The notes below the pieces were generated by a model. That model had not been told where the DNA came from, did not search any database, and saw only the letters and a list, made by a program, of their open reading frames with translations. This document shows positions 8,821 to 18,727 of a stretch of DNA of 64,000 nt, in pieces (the stretch's first letter is position 1; every line of letters starts with the position of its first letter). Source of the stretch: an uncultured delta proteobacterium (GTDB taxonomy: Bacteria > Desulfobacterota > Binatia > UBA9968); the NCBI GenBank assembly GCA_963804165.1, contig CAWDPO010000011.1:64001-128000 (forward strand). The letters are read 5' to 3'. Position numbers and translations under genes: made by a program.

Positions 8821-10326
8821 ATGCTTGATTCTCTGGCCAGCCTGGCCTTCGGTTTTTCGGTTGCCCTACAAGCGCAAAATCTTTTTTATTGCTTCATCGG
8901 GGTAACAATGGGGACCCTGGTTGGGGTTCTCCCCGGACTGGGTCCGACGGTGACGATTGCGTTGCTCCTGCCGGCCACCTTCCAACTCAATCCTGTTTCT
9001 GCCATTATCATGCTCTCGGGCATCTGTTATGGCGCCATGTACGGCGGCTCGACGACTTCGATCTTACTCAACATCCCCGGCGAAGCAGCTTCAGTGGTGA
9101 CCTGCCTTGATGGCTATCAAATGGCCCGTCAAGGCCGCGGCGGTCCGGCTCTTGGAATCTCGGCCTTCGGCTCCTTTATCGCGGGGACCATCAGCATCTT
9201 CGGCCTAGTCTTTCTCGCGCCGACCTTGGCCGAGCTTGGCCTCAAGTTCGGCCCGCCGGAGTACTTTGCCCTCATGGTCATGGGATTGACGGTCGTTGCG
9301 TACCTCGCGCGTAGGTCCATGGCTAAAGCTCTCGTGATGACTGTGTTCGGCATTGTTCTCGGATGCATCGGTTTAGATCCGGTGACTGCGACGCCGCGTT
9401 TTACTTTCGGCATGCTCGGGCTCGCCGACGGGATCAGTTTGCCGGCGATGGTCATGGGACTGTTCGGCATCGCCGAAGTTTTAGAGAATCTCGGCGTGCG
9501 CGCCAAGGCAGAAGTTTATTCCGGGAAGATTCAAGGACTCTTTCCCGACCGGGAAGACTGGCGGCGATCCGCGGGACCGATAGCGCGGGGCTCTCTTTTG
9601 GGATTCTTTCTCGGCCTGGTGCCCGGCGTCGGCGCGATCGTGCCGCAGTTTTTGAGCTACGCGTTGGAAAAAAAGCTCTCGGCCCATCCAGAGCGTTTCG
9701 GCAGCGGGGAAATCGAGGGTGTCGCGGCACCCGAAGCGTGCAATAACGCCGCCATGGGCGGAACTTTCATTCCGCTCTTGAGTCTGGGTATTCCTTCGAG
9801 CGCCACCACCGCCGTGCTGCTCGGCGCTTTGATGATCTACGGCCTGACCCCCGGACCTTTGCTGATCAAAAACTCGCCGGATCTTTTCTGGGGTGTCATT
9901 GCGAGCATGTATATCGGTAATGCGCTGCTGTTGGTTCTTAACCTGCCGCTTATTCCTCTGTGGGTGAAAATTTTGCAGATCCCCTATGCTTACCTCGCGT
10001 CTTTTATTATTTTGTTCTGCTTGATCGGCGCCTATAGTCTCAACAACAGCACCGCGGATATTTTTGTTGCCGTCCTGTTCAGTTTGATCGGGCTATTGTT
10101 AAAAAAATTTGATTTCGAGCCGGCGCCTTTGGTGCTGGCTTTTGTTTTGGGTCCCATGCTCGAGACCGCTCTAAGGCGCTCCCTGATATTATCGGACGGC
10201 AGCTTTGAGATCTTTCTCACGCGACCGATATCGGCCGCTTTTATACTGTTGGCTCTGGTTGCATTGACGGCGCCGCTGCTTGGCAAGAAGGTGAGGGTGG
10301 GACGTGGACTCAGTGAAGAAGATTAA
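8821..10326 (+). CDS. tctA: Tripartite tricarboxylate transporter large permease TctA
   Basis: GVLPGLGP, YGGSTTSILLNIPGE, APEACNNA and LGIPSS motifs. Confidence 0.96.
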   Translation: MLDSLASLAFGFSVALQAQNLFYCFIGVTMGTLVGVLPGLGPTVTIALLLPATFQLNPVSAIIMLSGICYGAMYGGSTTSILLNIPGEAASVVTCLDGYQMARQGRGGPALGISAFGSFIAGTISIFGLVFLAPTLAELGLKFGPPEYFALMVMGLTVVAYLARRSMAKALVMTVFGIVLGCIGLDPVTATPRFTFGMLGLADGISLPAMVMGLFGIAEVLENLGVRAKAEVYSGKIQGLFPDREDWRRSAGPIARGSLLGFFLGLVPGVGAIVPQFLSYALEKKLSAHPERFGSGEIEGVAAPEACNNAAMGGTFIPLLSLGIPSSATTAVLLGALMIYGLTPGPLLIKNSPDLFWGVIASMYIGNALLLVLNLPLIPLWVKILQIPYAYLASFIILFCLIGAYSLNNSTADIFVAVLFSLIGLLLKKFDFEPAPLVLAFVLGPMLETALRRSLILSDGSFEIFLTRPISAAFILLALVALTAPLLGKKVRVGRGLSEED

Positions 10327-10774
10327 AAGAACGCTCGACACGGTCGGCGCGCTTTTCTGGTTTGTCTTGGCACTGGCAATATGTTACCGAGCCAGCTTAC
10401 TCGGCATCGGCAGCGCCAGCGAGCCGGGCTCCGGGTTTATCTTTTTTTGGTCCGGAGTGATCATGGCATTTCTCGCGCTGCTGATTTTTGCCGATTCTCT
10501 GCGGGTAGGCGGCGAAGATGGCGCGAAGTTTATTGGAATAAATTGGCCGAAAGTGTTGCTCGTTCTGGGGGCTATCCTCCTATATGGACTTTTACTGGAA
10601 AAGGTCGGCTTCGTCTTGACAACCTTTGCGCTGATGAGCTTTCTACTTTGGATCAGCGACGATACGAAGTGGCCGATTGCCCTCGCTGTTGCAGGTGCCG
10701 CCGCGTTGGGCAGTTTCGCGCTATTCGACCTTTGGTTACAGATCAGGCTTCCCAAAGGGATCTTCGGCATTTGA
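10304..10774 (+). CDS. tctB: Tripartite tricarboxylate transporter small subunit TctB
   Basis: 4 TM segments, PGSG motif, C-terminal LQIRLPKG; lies between tctA and tctC. Confidence 0.9.
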   Translation: MDSVKKIKRTLDTVGALFWFVLALAICYRASLLGIGSASEPGSGFIFFWSGVIMAFLALLIFADSLRVGGEDGAKFIGINWPKVLLVLGAILLYGLLLEKVGFVLTTFALMSFLLWISDDTKWPIALAVAGAAALGSFALFDLWLQIRLPKGIFGI

Positions 10775-10792
10775 CTCGAAACGGAGGAAACC

Positions 10793-11779
10793 ATGCGGTC
10801 GTCAGACAAAAGAATTTTGCTCATCTTAACTCTGGTTCTGGGTATTTCTTTGTTGCCGGCGATGGCTCGGGCGCAGGACAAATATCCCTCCCGGCCGATC
10901 GAAATGGTCGTCGCCTTTCCGGCGGGCGGCTTCGCCGATCTGACGGGAAGGATCTTCGCCGACGAAATGTCGAAGCTGCTCAACGTTACTTTTGCTCCCG
11001 TGAACAAAGGCGGAGCCACCGGCAGTCTCGCCGCCAGTGGTGTCCTGCGCGCGCCCAAGGACGGCTACAATCTGCTCGTCAATACCCTGGGGGGCATGGT
11101 GCTGGCGCCGATCGTCCTGAAAGATGTCGCCTACGATGCCCAGAAGGATTTTTATCCGGTTGCGTATATTACTTCCGCGCCGGACGGGCTTACGGTGCGC
11201 GCCGACTCTCCGTTCAAATCTATTCATGATTTGATCGACGCGGCCAAAAAGAACCCGGCAAAATTATCCTACGGCACGGCGGGGACCGGAGTCGGGGGTC
11301 ACTTCAACGCGGCGATCTTTGCGCACAGCGCCGCTATCAAAATTAAACACGTGCCGTTCAAAGGCGGCGGCGAGTATGTTCCATCGCTCTTGGGAGGACA
11401 CATCGATTTCGTCGTCGGCACCGCGATCGCTACGCTGCCCCAAGAGCAGGCGGGCAAACTGAGAACTTTGGCGTTTCTTAGCGACAATAAAATGCCCGCT
11501 CTACCCGGCGTCTCGACGGCTTCTCAACTCGGTATCAAGGGAGATTTTCTCGATAGCTGGGCGGGTTGTTTCGTCGCGACGGGGACACCGAAGGCCGCGA
11601 TCGACGCGCTCGTGACCGCCGCCGATAAAGTGCTCAAGTCCAAACCGTTCGCCGAACGGATCGAAAAGACCGGCGGCATCGTGCAGTACCTTTCGCCGTC
11701 TCAGTTTCAGTCGATGATCGAGAAAAACAAAAACAGCGCCATGGAAACAGCCAAGAGGGAGGGGCTGCTACCGCAGTAA
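10793..11779 (+). CDS. tctC: Tripartite tricarboxylate transporter substrate-binding protein TctC (Bug family)
   Basis: Signal peptide; YPSRPIEMVVAFPAGG, KDGYNL and HVPFKGGG motifs. Confidence 0.94.
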   Translation: MRSSDKRILLILTLVLGISLLPAMARAQDKYPSRPIEMVVAFPAGGFADLTGRIFADEMSKLLNVTFAPVNKGGATGSLAASGVLRAPKDGYNLLVNTLGGMVLAPIVLKDVAYDAQKDFYPVAYITSAPDGLTVRADSPFKSIHDLIDAAKKNPAKLSYGTAGTGVGGHFNAAIFAHSAAIKIKHVPFKGGGEYVPSLLGGHIDFVVGTAIATLPQEQAGKLRTLAFLSDNKMPALPGVSTASQLGIKGDFLDSWAGCFVATGTPKAAIDALVTAADKVLKSKPFAERIEKTGGIVQYLSPSQFQSMIEKNKNSAMETAKREGLLPQ

Positions 11780-12021
11780 GAATAGTTTCAGAATGATTCA
11801 CGCGAAAAAACAGATTTCCAGGTGATTCTGTCTATGAGGGAAATAACTTGCCATCGCATGATTCGGTGCTGATCTCACGGAGGAACTGTGGACGATCCAG
11901 ACAGAAATCTTAGTGGTGAGGCGCAACCTTGAGTATATTTTCGAAGTAAGCCGTCGGGCGAACCACAAATATGAAAATTTTCTTGGCCGCGCGCTTGTGA
12001 CGTGTTAGTCTCCGAGGAGAA

Positions 12022-12747
12022 ATGGTTCCAAAGAAAATTTTTTACACCAAAGGAGTCGGGGTTCATAAGGAAAAGCTGGCTTCTTTTGAAATGGCGCTGA
12101 GGGTTGCCGGCCTGGCCCACTGTAATTTGGTCCTGGTTTCGAGCATCTTTCCGCCAGACTGCAAGATTGTTCCCAAGGAGGAAGGCTTAAAGCTGTTACG
12201 ACCCGGCGAGATCGTATTTGCCGTTTATGATCGAGAAAGTAACAACGAGCCGAATCGCCTCATTGCAGCTTCGGTCGGCGTGGCGATCCCCGCAGATTCG
12301 TCCGTGCATGGGTATCTTTCCGAGCATCATTCGTTTGGTGAAACGGACGAAAAAGCCGGCGAATATGCCGAAGACCTTGCCGCTAGCATGTTGGCGACCA
12401 CCTTGGGGATCGAATTTGATCCTGAATTGGATTGGGACGAGCGAGAGCAGATTTTTAAGATGTCGGGAAAGATCGTCCGTACCACCAATATCACTCAGTC
12501 TGCGGTTGGCAATAAGGATGGTCTCTGGACCACGGTGTTTGCAGCTGCGGTTTTTATCAATGACGAAAGCCTATCTTTTGACATCGGAAAGTCCGTCACT
12601 GTTAGCAATAAGGCTCCGCTTCAGGAAGAAGTCTTGAGGCAAACGTTACAGAGCCAGTCTAAAACGATCCAAGCCAACGACAAACTAGCGCAGCGTAACA
12701 TAGAGCAGCCTAGACTCGCTCCGGCGACAAAAAAGAGCCTTTCGTAA
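12022..12747 (+). CDS. pdaD: Pyruvoyl-dependent arginine decarboxylase
   Basis: [19 protein letters not shown] with Ser-Ser cleavage site, [16 protein letters not shown]; GAGGAG SD. Confidence 0.93.
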   Translation: MVPKKIFYTKGVGVHKEKLASFEMALRVAGLAHCNLVLVSSIFPPDCKIVPKEEGLKLLRPGEIVFAVYDRESNNEPNRLIAASVGVAIPADSSVHGYLSEHHSFGETDEKAGEYAEDLAASMLATTLGIEFDPELDWDEREQIFKMSGKIVRTTNITQSAVGNKDGLWTTVFAAAVFINDESLSFDIGKSVTVSNKAPLQEEVLRQTLQSQSKTIQANDKLAQRNIEQPRLAPATKKSLS

Positions 12748-12950
12748 ACTCCTTCTACTTACGTTCTAAGTCGTTTGACTTTGAGAATTCTCAAGGTCGA
12801 AAAGGTTCTGAGCAAGAAGCTAAGCCGTTAACCTATTGGATTGCTGTGCAGCCCGCTGTTCGGCGAGAAGTTGCGTCAAGAAGTACCAAGAGAATCGTGC
12901 TAGCGTGATTTCGCAAGGCGGTAAACCGGAACCGATCGAAGAGATGACCT

Positions 12951-13535
12951 GTGGCTAGGAACGAGCAAACAGTTTATTTATTGCGCCATGGGGAGACCGA
13001 GTGGAGTCTCAATGGACAACACACCGGCGTCACCGATATTCCACTGACCGAGAACGGCCGCAGGGCCGCGCGCCTCCTCAAAACCATTCTAGCCAAGGTG
13101 ACCTTTGCATTGGTCCTCACCAGTCCGCTCCAGCGCGCTCGCGAAACCAGCGAGTTGGCCGGGCTTGGCCAACTCGCTAACGTCGAGCCCGACTTAATCG
13201 AGTGGAACTATGGCGAGTACGAGGGACTCAAGACGGAACAAATCCGCCTGACGAGACCCGCTTGGTCGGTGTTTCGAGACGGCTGCCCCGGCGGCGAGAC
13301 ACCGGAGCAGGTGGGCGCGCGCGCCGATCGCGTCATCACGAAGGTTCGCGCCGCAGAGGGAGACGTTGCCCTATTCGCGCACGGCCATATCCTGCGCGTT
13401 CTCGCGGTGCGCTGGATCAACCTATCGCCAGGCTATGGCGAGAACTTCTTGCTCGACACGGCGACCCTGAACGTCCTCGGTTACTACCGCGAGTCTCCAG
13501 CCTTCAAGATTTGGAACGCGCCGCTGGCGCGCTGA
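12951..13535 (+). CDS. Histidine phosphatase (phosphoglycerate mutase-like)
   Basis: RHGETEWS, SPLQRA, EWNYGEYEG and AHGH motifs. Confidence 0.93.
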   Translation: MARNEQTVYLLRHGETEWSLNGQHTGVTDIPLTENGRRAARLLKTILAKVTFALVLTSPLQRARETSELAGLGQLANVEPDLIEWNYGEYEGLKTEQIRLTRPAWSVFRDGCPGGETPEQVGARADRVITKVRAAEGDVALFAHGHILRVLAVRWINLSPGYGENFLLDTATLNVLGYYRESPAFKIWNAPLAR

Positions 13536-13561
13536 ACGTCGAACATAGACGTTGCTCAGCC

Positions 13562-14254
13562 TCATCCTTCCAGCGCCAATCTAACGGCTTCGTTTACGTG
13601 AAGTGCCATCGTATCGAACAGCCTGACCGGGGTATCTTCAACGTGAATAAGTAAGGGGAGCTCCGTACACGCAAGGACCACCGCTTCTGCGCCCGCTCGT
13701 TGGAGATCCAGAATCATTGCTTTAATCTTTTGTTTGGATTCGGGAATCAGCTTTCCCGCGCACAGCTCGTTAAATATCACGTTGTGGACATAGTCGCGCG
13801 CTACCCGGTCGGGGACCACAACATCTATTCCCCTAGCGCGAAACCGTTCCTTATAGAAATCCTGTTCCATCACGAAACGGGTGCCCAAAAGGCCAACCCT
13901 GGAGATCTCAGCCTTGGTGACCTCCTCCGCAGTGACATCGGCGATGTGCAACAACGGGACGTGGATCGATCGCTGCACTGCATCCGCGACCTTGTGGGCT
14001 GTATTCGACGCCATGATTGCAAACTCCGCGCCGGCTTTTTCAACGCGGGCAATTGCGTCAATTAGAATTGTCGCTAGTTCCTCCCAACGTTCCTCCAGTT
14101 CGAGTTGTGCGGCTCGCTGGAAATCCATGCTGTACATGACCAGCTCTGCGGAATGAGCCGGCCCTAATCTTGATTTGATGCTCTCATTGATCAAACGGTA
14201 ATACTCGGCTGAGGACTCCCAGCTCATGCCGCCAATAATGCCGATGGTTTTCAT
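13562..14254 (-). CDS. Aspartate/glutamate racemase family protein (YgeA/RacX-like)
   Basis: MKTIGIIGGMSWESS start, ASNTAH and LACTELP; the ORF-track N-terminal extension runs through repeats. Confidence 0.92.
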   Translation of the reverse strand: MKTIGIIGGMSWESSAEYYRLINESIKSRLGPAHSAELVMYSMDFQRAAQLELEERWEELATILIDAIARVEKAGAEFAIMASNTAHKVADAVQRSIHVPLLHIADVTAEEVTKAEISRVGLLGTRFVMEQDFYKERFRARGIDVVVPDRVARDYVHNVIFNELCAGKLIPESKQKIKAMILDLQRAGAEAVVLACTELPLLIHVEDTPVRLFDTMALHVNEAVRLALEG

Positions 14255-14272
14255 GGTTCTCTCCGTTCTTGT

Positions 14273-14479
14273 CCAGTGTCCTGTCTCAGAAGGTTTGCGA
14301 CATAATTCTCGCGTCATTCCGTCGGAAAATCTCCCCTTCCCCTCTTTGGCAAAGAGGGGTGAGAATCGCACGGAGAAAATTCCCCCTTTGAAAAAGGGGG
14401 ACAAAGGGGGATTTGAGTTCAACTTCAGAGGCTGCCATCGTTTGGACTTTTTAAACGAACTTCTGAGACGCCACACTAG
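14273..14479. mobile_element. MITE-like element with ~20-bp terminal inverted repeats enclosing two REP-like hairpins
   Basis: Left end CCAGTGTCCTGTCTCAGAAG, right end (rc) CTAGTGTGGCGTCTCAGAAG; internal CCCCTCTTTGGCAAAGAGGGG and CCCCCTTTGAAAAAGGGGG hairpins; related end at 26015-26025. Confidence 0.6.
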
Positions 14480-14631
14480 CAGTCTACTGAAAAAGACTCA
14501 TAGGCTTCGTTGCGCTCAATCGCCTCGCGTCAAGGTACTGCCGATGTACGCCTCCGCTCCCCGATTTTTCGCGCGCCTCGCCTCTAAGTCTTTTTGAGCA
14601 GCCTGCAATCCGGGTTTTCAGCAACCTACTG
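14477..14631. mobile_element. Second palindromic MITE-like element abutting the first at a CTAG
   Basis: TAGCAGTCTACTGAAAAAGAC (14477) is an inverted match to GTCTTTTTGAGCAGCCTGCAA (14588) and TTTTCAGCAACCTACT (14615). Confidence 0.5.
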
Positions 14632-14636
14632 GAACC

Positions 14637-14891
14637 CTAAGACAGACGTGTTACGCGAGTGAAAAATCCCGGAATAAGACAGATGAAAAACTTTTTCAGA
14701 TATCGTTTGGCGCGCCCTGTTGAGGCGCCGTAACGCTGACGCCACTCTTCCTGCGCCCACAGCTCCCGCTGCACTCTCATGCGATCCGCCCTGGTTAAGC
14801 GTTGCTCACAGACCGGGCCACGGCAGCAGCGACAGATCAGAGAGAGGCCGCAATCCTCTGTGTGAAATAAATGGTTCATGGTCAGTTCCAT
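14637..14891 (-). CDS. Small Cys-rich hypothetical protein divergent from the MocR regulator
   Basis: 84-aa ORF containing CGLSLICRCCRGPVC; divergent promoter arrangement. Confidence 0.45.
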   Translation of the reverse strand: MELTMNHLFHTEDCGLSLICRCCRGPVCEQRLTRADRMRVQRELWAQEEWRQRYGASTGRAKRYLKKFFICLIPGFFTRVTRLS

Positions 14892-14925
14892 CGATCCGGA
14901 TGGAAATTAACCACTATCCGCATTA

Positions 14926-15014
14926 GAGTACAGATTCAGTTACATGAAATTAGAACCATAACAGTTTTAATTTCTTGCAACTGTACCGGCGCAGTTTCAC
15001 CACTGCTGTATCTG
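14926..15014. promoter_or_regulatory. Putative MocR/YdcR-type operator region
   Basis: Recurrent ACAG/CTGT elements (TACAGAT, ATAACAGTT, AACTGTAC..CAGTT, CTGTATCTG) between divergent genes. Confidence 0.45.
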
Positions 15015-15047
15015 CCAAAAAAGCGAAGGGAGCGTTAGTATCGGCTC

Positions 15048-16490
15048 ATGCTTAAGCAAGACTCTCGAAGTGTGGACCTGCTTTACGAGCGAGTCGCGGA
15101 TCACATCACCCAGCTTATCGAAAGGGCACTTTGCACGCAGGTGAGCGGCTTCCATCGATCCGTAAACTGAGCTCGCAGATGGACGTCAGCATTTCCACGG
15201 TGCTCCAGGCCTACATGACTCTCGAAGATAGGAACTGGATCGAGGCCAAACCGCAATCGGGATTTTACGTGAGGCCAGCGCGCAATCTTCCGCCTGAGCC
15301 GAAGGCATCGACCCCGTCACCGCTTGTCACGCGCGTCGGCGTGAGCGAGCTCGTCGCGCAGGTTTTTCAGTCCGCGCATGACCCGGAGATGATTCAACTG
15401 GCGCTATCCACGCCAAGCCCGGATCATCTTCCGGTCAAAAGATTGAACCGACTGATGGCCGCCGCCACGGCGAGGTCGGGCGCCCGCGCCTTGAGTTACG
15501 ATTTTCCTCCCGGCTACGCCCCGCTCAGACATGAGATTGCCAAGCGGTCGATCGACTGCAGGATGCCGGCTCTCCGAAAATGAGATCGTCACGACCCATG
15601 GAACGATGGAGGCGCTGAATCTCTGCCTTCGCGCAGTTGCGAAGGCGGGTGATATCGTTGCGATCGAATCGCCCGCGTTCTACGGAACCTTACAAATTAT
15701 CGAAAGCCTCGGAATGAAGGCGTTGGAGATCCCTGCCGATCCGAGGGATGGAATTATTCTCGATGCCTTGGCTTCGGCAATTCGGCGACAAAAGGTTAAA
15801 GCCTGCCTGTTCGTTCTGAATTTCAGCAATCCCCTGGGGAGTTGCATGCCGGACGCCAACAAGAAGGAGTTGGTCGAATTACTCGCGCGGCGTGAAATTC
15901 CGCTGATCGAAGACGACATCTACGGTGACTTGTGTTTTGGCTCGGTTCGACCCAGAACTGCAAAAGCCTACGACAAACAAGGACTCGTGCTTTTGTGCTC
16001 TTCGTTCTCGAAGACCCTGGCTCCGGGATATCGGGTTGGCTGGACGGCGCCGGGCCGGTTCAAGCCGCAAGTCGAAAGCCTCAAGTTTACGAGCTCCATG
16101 GCGACCGTCACTGCGCCACAGATGGCGATCGCGGATTTTTTGCAAAGCGGCGGCTACGATCGTTACCTGAGAAAGCTTCGCCGGATCCTAATGGCCCAAG
16201 TTCAGCAGATGAGCAATGCCGTTGGCCGATACTTTCCCGCCGGTACGAAAGTCACGAGACCGCAAGGCGGATATGTTCTCTGGGTCGAACTGCCGCGATC
16301 TGTCGATTCGCTCGACTTGCATCGCCGAGCGTTACAGCAAAAGATCAGCATCGCACCCGGCCCGATCTTTTCCGCCAAGCAGAAATATAAGAACTTTATT
16401 CGGCTAAGTTGCGGTCTGCCGTGGTCGGACAAGATCGATCGAGCGGTTCAAACTCTAGCGGAGTTGGCGCGGAAGTCTGATTCTTCGTAG
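15048..16490 (+). CDS. MocR/GntR-family regulator with PLP aminotransferase domain; frameshifts at ~15122 and ~15555
   Basis: LLYERVADHI, GERLPSIRKLS..VSISTVLQAY HTH, IEDDIYGDL and SFSKTLAPGYRVGW, spread across three frames. Confidence 0.9.
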
Positions 16491-16590
16491 AGCACGGTAG
16501 GTAGATGACAGGCTCTCGATGGTCGTCTTGATCGAAAAGCAATCTGGTTCGCGCACGGACCATTTTTTCCCGCGTTTTTGCCGTGCGGAC

Positions 16591-16930
16591 TCAGTTGTTT
16601 CTATAGGCTAAGACTTTCTCAAGCACAGGGTCTCGTCCAGCGAAATAGTCGGTAGCCGTAACCTGCACAGGAATGTCTCGGACGAGGGTGGGCGGGTCGT
16701 TTTGAATTCGCTTGAAGTGCTGTGTCGAATAAGAAACGGATATGCCTGAATTTGGCAATGTGAAGTGTCTGTAGTCACCATACATATTTGGTCGAGATCC
16801 TGTCGGTTCGCCAATGGCTAGACTGGCATAGAAGTAACGCTTCATTCTGTGTGGAATTTTGCCCTAGGAAGGTTTCGCTTTACGGTCGTAATGACGAACA
16901 TTGGAGTGTCCGTCCATGGGCTTGTGTGGC
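16591..16930 (-). pseudogene. Remnant of an S41-family peptidase C-terminus
   Basis: IGEPTGSRPNMYGD..FTLPNSGI..YST...GRDPVLE; upstream part is degenerate with no credible start. Confidence 0.6.
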
Positions 16931-17000
16931 GTTGCCGAATTGGGAAAAGGTGTTCGCAATCACAGGCCAAATTTGGTTTGAAAGGCATTTGGCAGGTGTT

Positions 17001-17464
17001 CTACCTTTGTTGCCGTCTAGTTTTCTCTAAGAGCTTGATATCTCCAAGATCCTTGTTTCGGTTGGCGGCGCGTTTATTCTTGATTAGAAGATCTCGGCTA
17101 ATAATGTAAACCGAAACTTCTGATATACTTCCGTGCTCCCGGCTATCCCAGGCATCCTCAAAGCTAACTCCGCTGATTCCTGTCAGTATGTCGATACGAT
17201 TGGGCTCCCGCCCGAGTTGAATAACATGATCCACTTGCAGGAAATCGGTTCGTGTGATGCCGGTCTGTCCGAAGCCGAAGGCTTCGATGACTTCCATCAA
17301 TCTTTCGGCATTAGTGTCTTCCCGGAAACAAAGATATCAAGGTCGCCGGTATAACGCGGGCGGCCGTGAAAAGCCACGGCCCAGGCGCCGACGATCACGT
17401 ACTTAACACTCTTGGTGTTGAGTAAGCGGATGAATTCGCGCAGATCGCTCGACAACGGCCGCAT
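17001..17464 (-). CDS. Minimal nucleotidyltransferase (MNT-like); frameshift at ~17322
   Basis: MRPLSSDLREFI..YVIVGAWAVAFHGRPRYTGDLDIFV joins ..IDILTGISGV..LIKNKRAANRNKDLGD. Confidence 0.8.
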
Positions 17465-17594
17465 CAGGGTTCTCGGGCATGATCAATTCAAGGAGGATTT
17501 GGAGCTTCTCATTTCCGGAGAGCATCCGGTAATACTCACAGTCGGCATCATCGGCTTCATCAAATGAGTCGAATTTTCGGACGACGATTTCCAT
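17403..17594 (-). CDS. Small protein preceding and overlapping the nucleotidyltransferase (putative TA-like partner)
   Basis: MEIVVRKFDSFDEADDADCEYYRMLSGNEKLQILLEL. Confidence 0.65.
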   Translation of the reverse strand: MEIVVRKFDSFDEADDADCEYYRMLSGNEKLQILLELIMPENPDAAVVERSARIHPLTQHQEC

Positions 17595-17733
17595 GAAATT
17601 TCCGCGTGTACCGCTTCGAATGGCCTTTAGGATAGCACACTCGTCAGACAATCGACAGTCGCGTCGCGTCAACCCACCCGGTAATTCAAATGCTGCCACG
17701 AGCAGGTTAGGCCCGAACAAATTACCGACCGAC

Positions 17734-18418
17734 CTAGTTCACCGCGAAGCAGTAAAACAAACCGTTTCCACCTGAGCTGCGCAACCCTTCTTGGCTGCAT
17801 CCGCCGCTGGCATCTGTCCCGCGGGATGGGTGAGACGAGTTCCACGATTTGGAAGATTCGCCCTCGCCGCGTCCTTGGCGGTCGTGGTGACCGAGCATCG
17901 CCGAGCCTGTGGTGCTGCTCGTCCAGTTGCGGCAGGTTCTGTCCTCACTCGCCGGAGAAGGCACGGCCGTCGGGTTGAGAGCCGGTGAGTATATCGTGCA
18001 TGTTCGGCTTGTCGCCGCGCGCGTTGATGGTTTCACCTTTCTCGCTAAGGGCGTTTTCTTTGTTGATCTTATTGTTGTTGCTGTGCAGATCATCGACGTC
18101 TTTGGCGATGACGACGCCTTTGGCGTTTTGCCAGGGACCTTTGCCGATGCGATCACGGGCGTTGACGGCGGGCTTGCCATCGGCTGCGCTGGTGCTCAAG
18201 TAGGCGTGCCAGGTGCGGTTGCCGGCACCGGCCGCTTGCGCAAGCGCTTGACAATGTTTGTCCGCGCCGGCCAAGCCGCCGAGATCGGCGCCCTTTCCGG
18301 AACCGGCGCTGGTGATGAAAAACGTCATGCTGCCTTTTTGTTCCTGCGAGCTGGCGACCCAGCTTAGCGAAAGCAGCACCAGCAGAACGGCCAGTGACAT
18401 CCAGACTTTGTTTTTCAT
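17734..18418 (-). CDS. Secreted C-type-lectin/endostatin-like domain protein; frameshift at ~17945
   Basis: Signal peptide, GGLAGADKHCQALA, WHAYLST, HDILTGS; continues in another frame DRTCRNWTS...GNGLFYCFA. Confidence 0.82.
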
Positions 18419-18727
18419 GCTTTCCTCCTTGATTGAGCTCGTGCGGGCATGACTCCCATCGTTTGGCGGACGATTCTATATCACACGAGCCGTGGGCGAG
18501 TGAAGATGGAGATAGAAAGAATGGCGCAAGGTCAGATAGAGCGGGAAACTCGTGGCGCACCTTAATTCATATTTGCCCGTCTTGGATATCGGCGACTACG
18601 GTCTGGTTAGGTGATAGTGTGCTCAGATATGACTCGTGATAAGTTGACGCTCGCTTCGGTGATTTGTTAAACGGATGTCAGCTACCATCGGACTTTGAAA
18701 GTCGACGCGACAAATAGGAATCGAGCC

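Noticed and set aside
11913-11966. M-box (ykoK) riboswitch, suggested by GGTGAGGC
   Set aside because: The similarity stops after ~8 nt, and the downstream gene is not Mg-related.
14255-14476. N-terminal extension of the racemase ORF
   Set aside because: It is translated MITE/REP sequence; the family start MKTIGIIGG follows a GGAG SD at 14254.
17945-17947. TGA in the lectin-like gene as a second selenocysteine
   Set aside because: The homologous continuation (DRTCRNW) is in a different frame, so this is an indel rather than readthrough.
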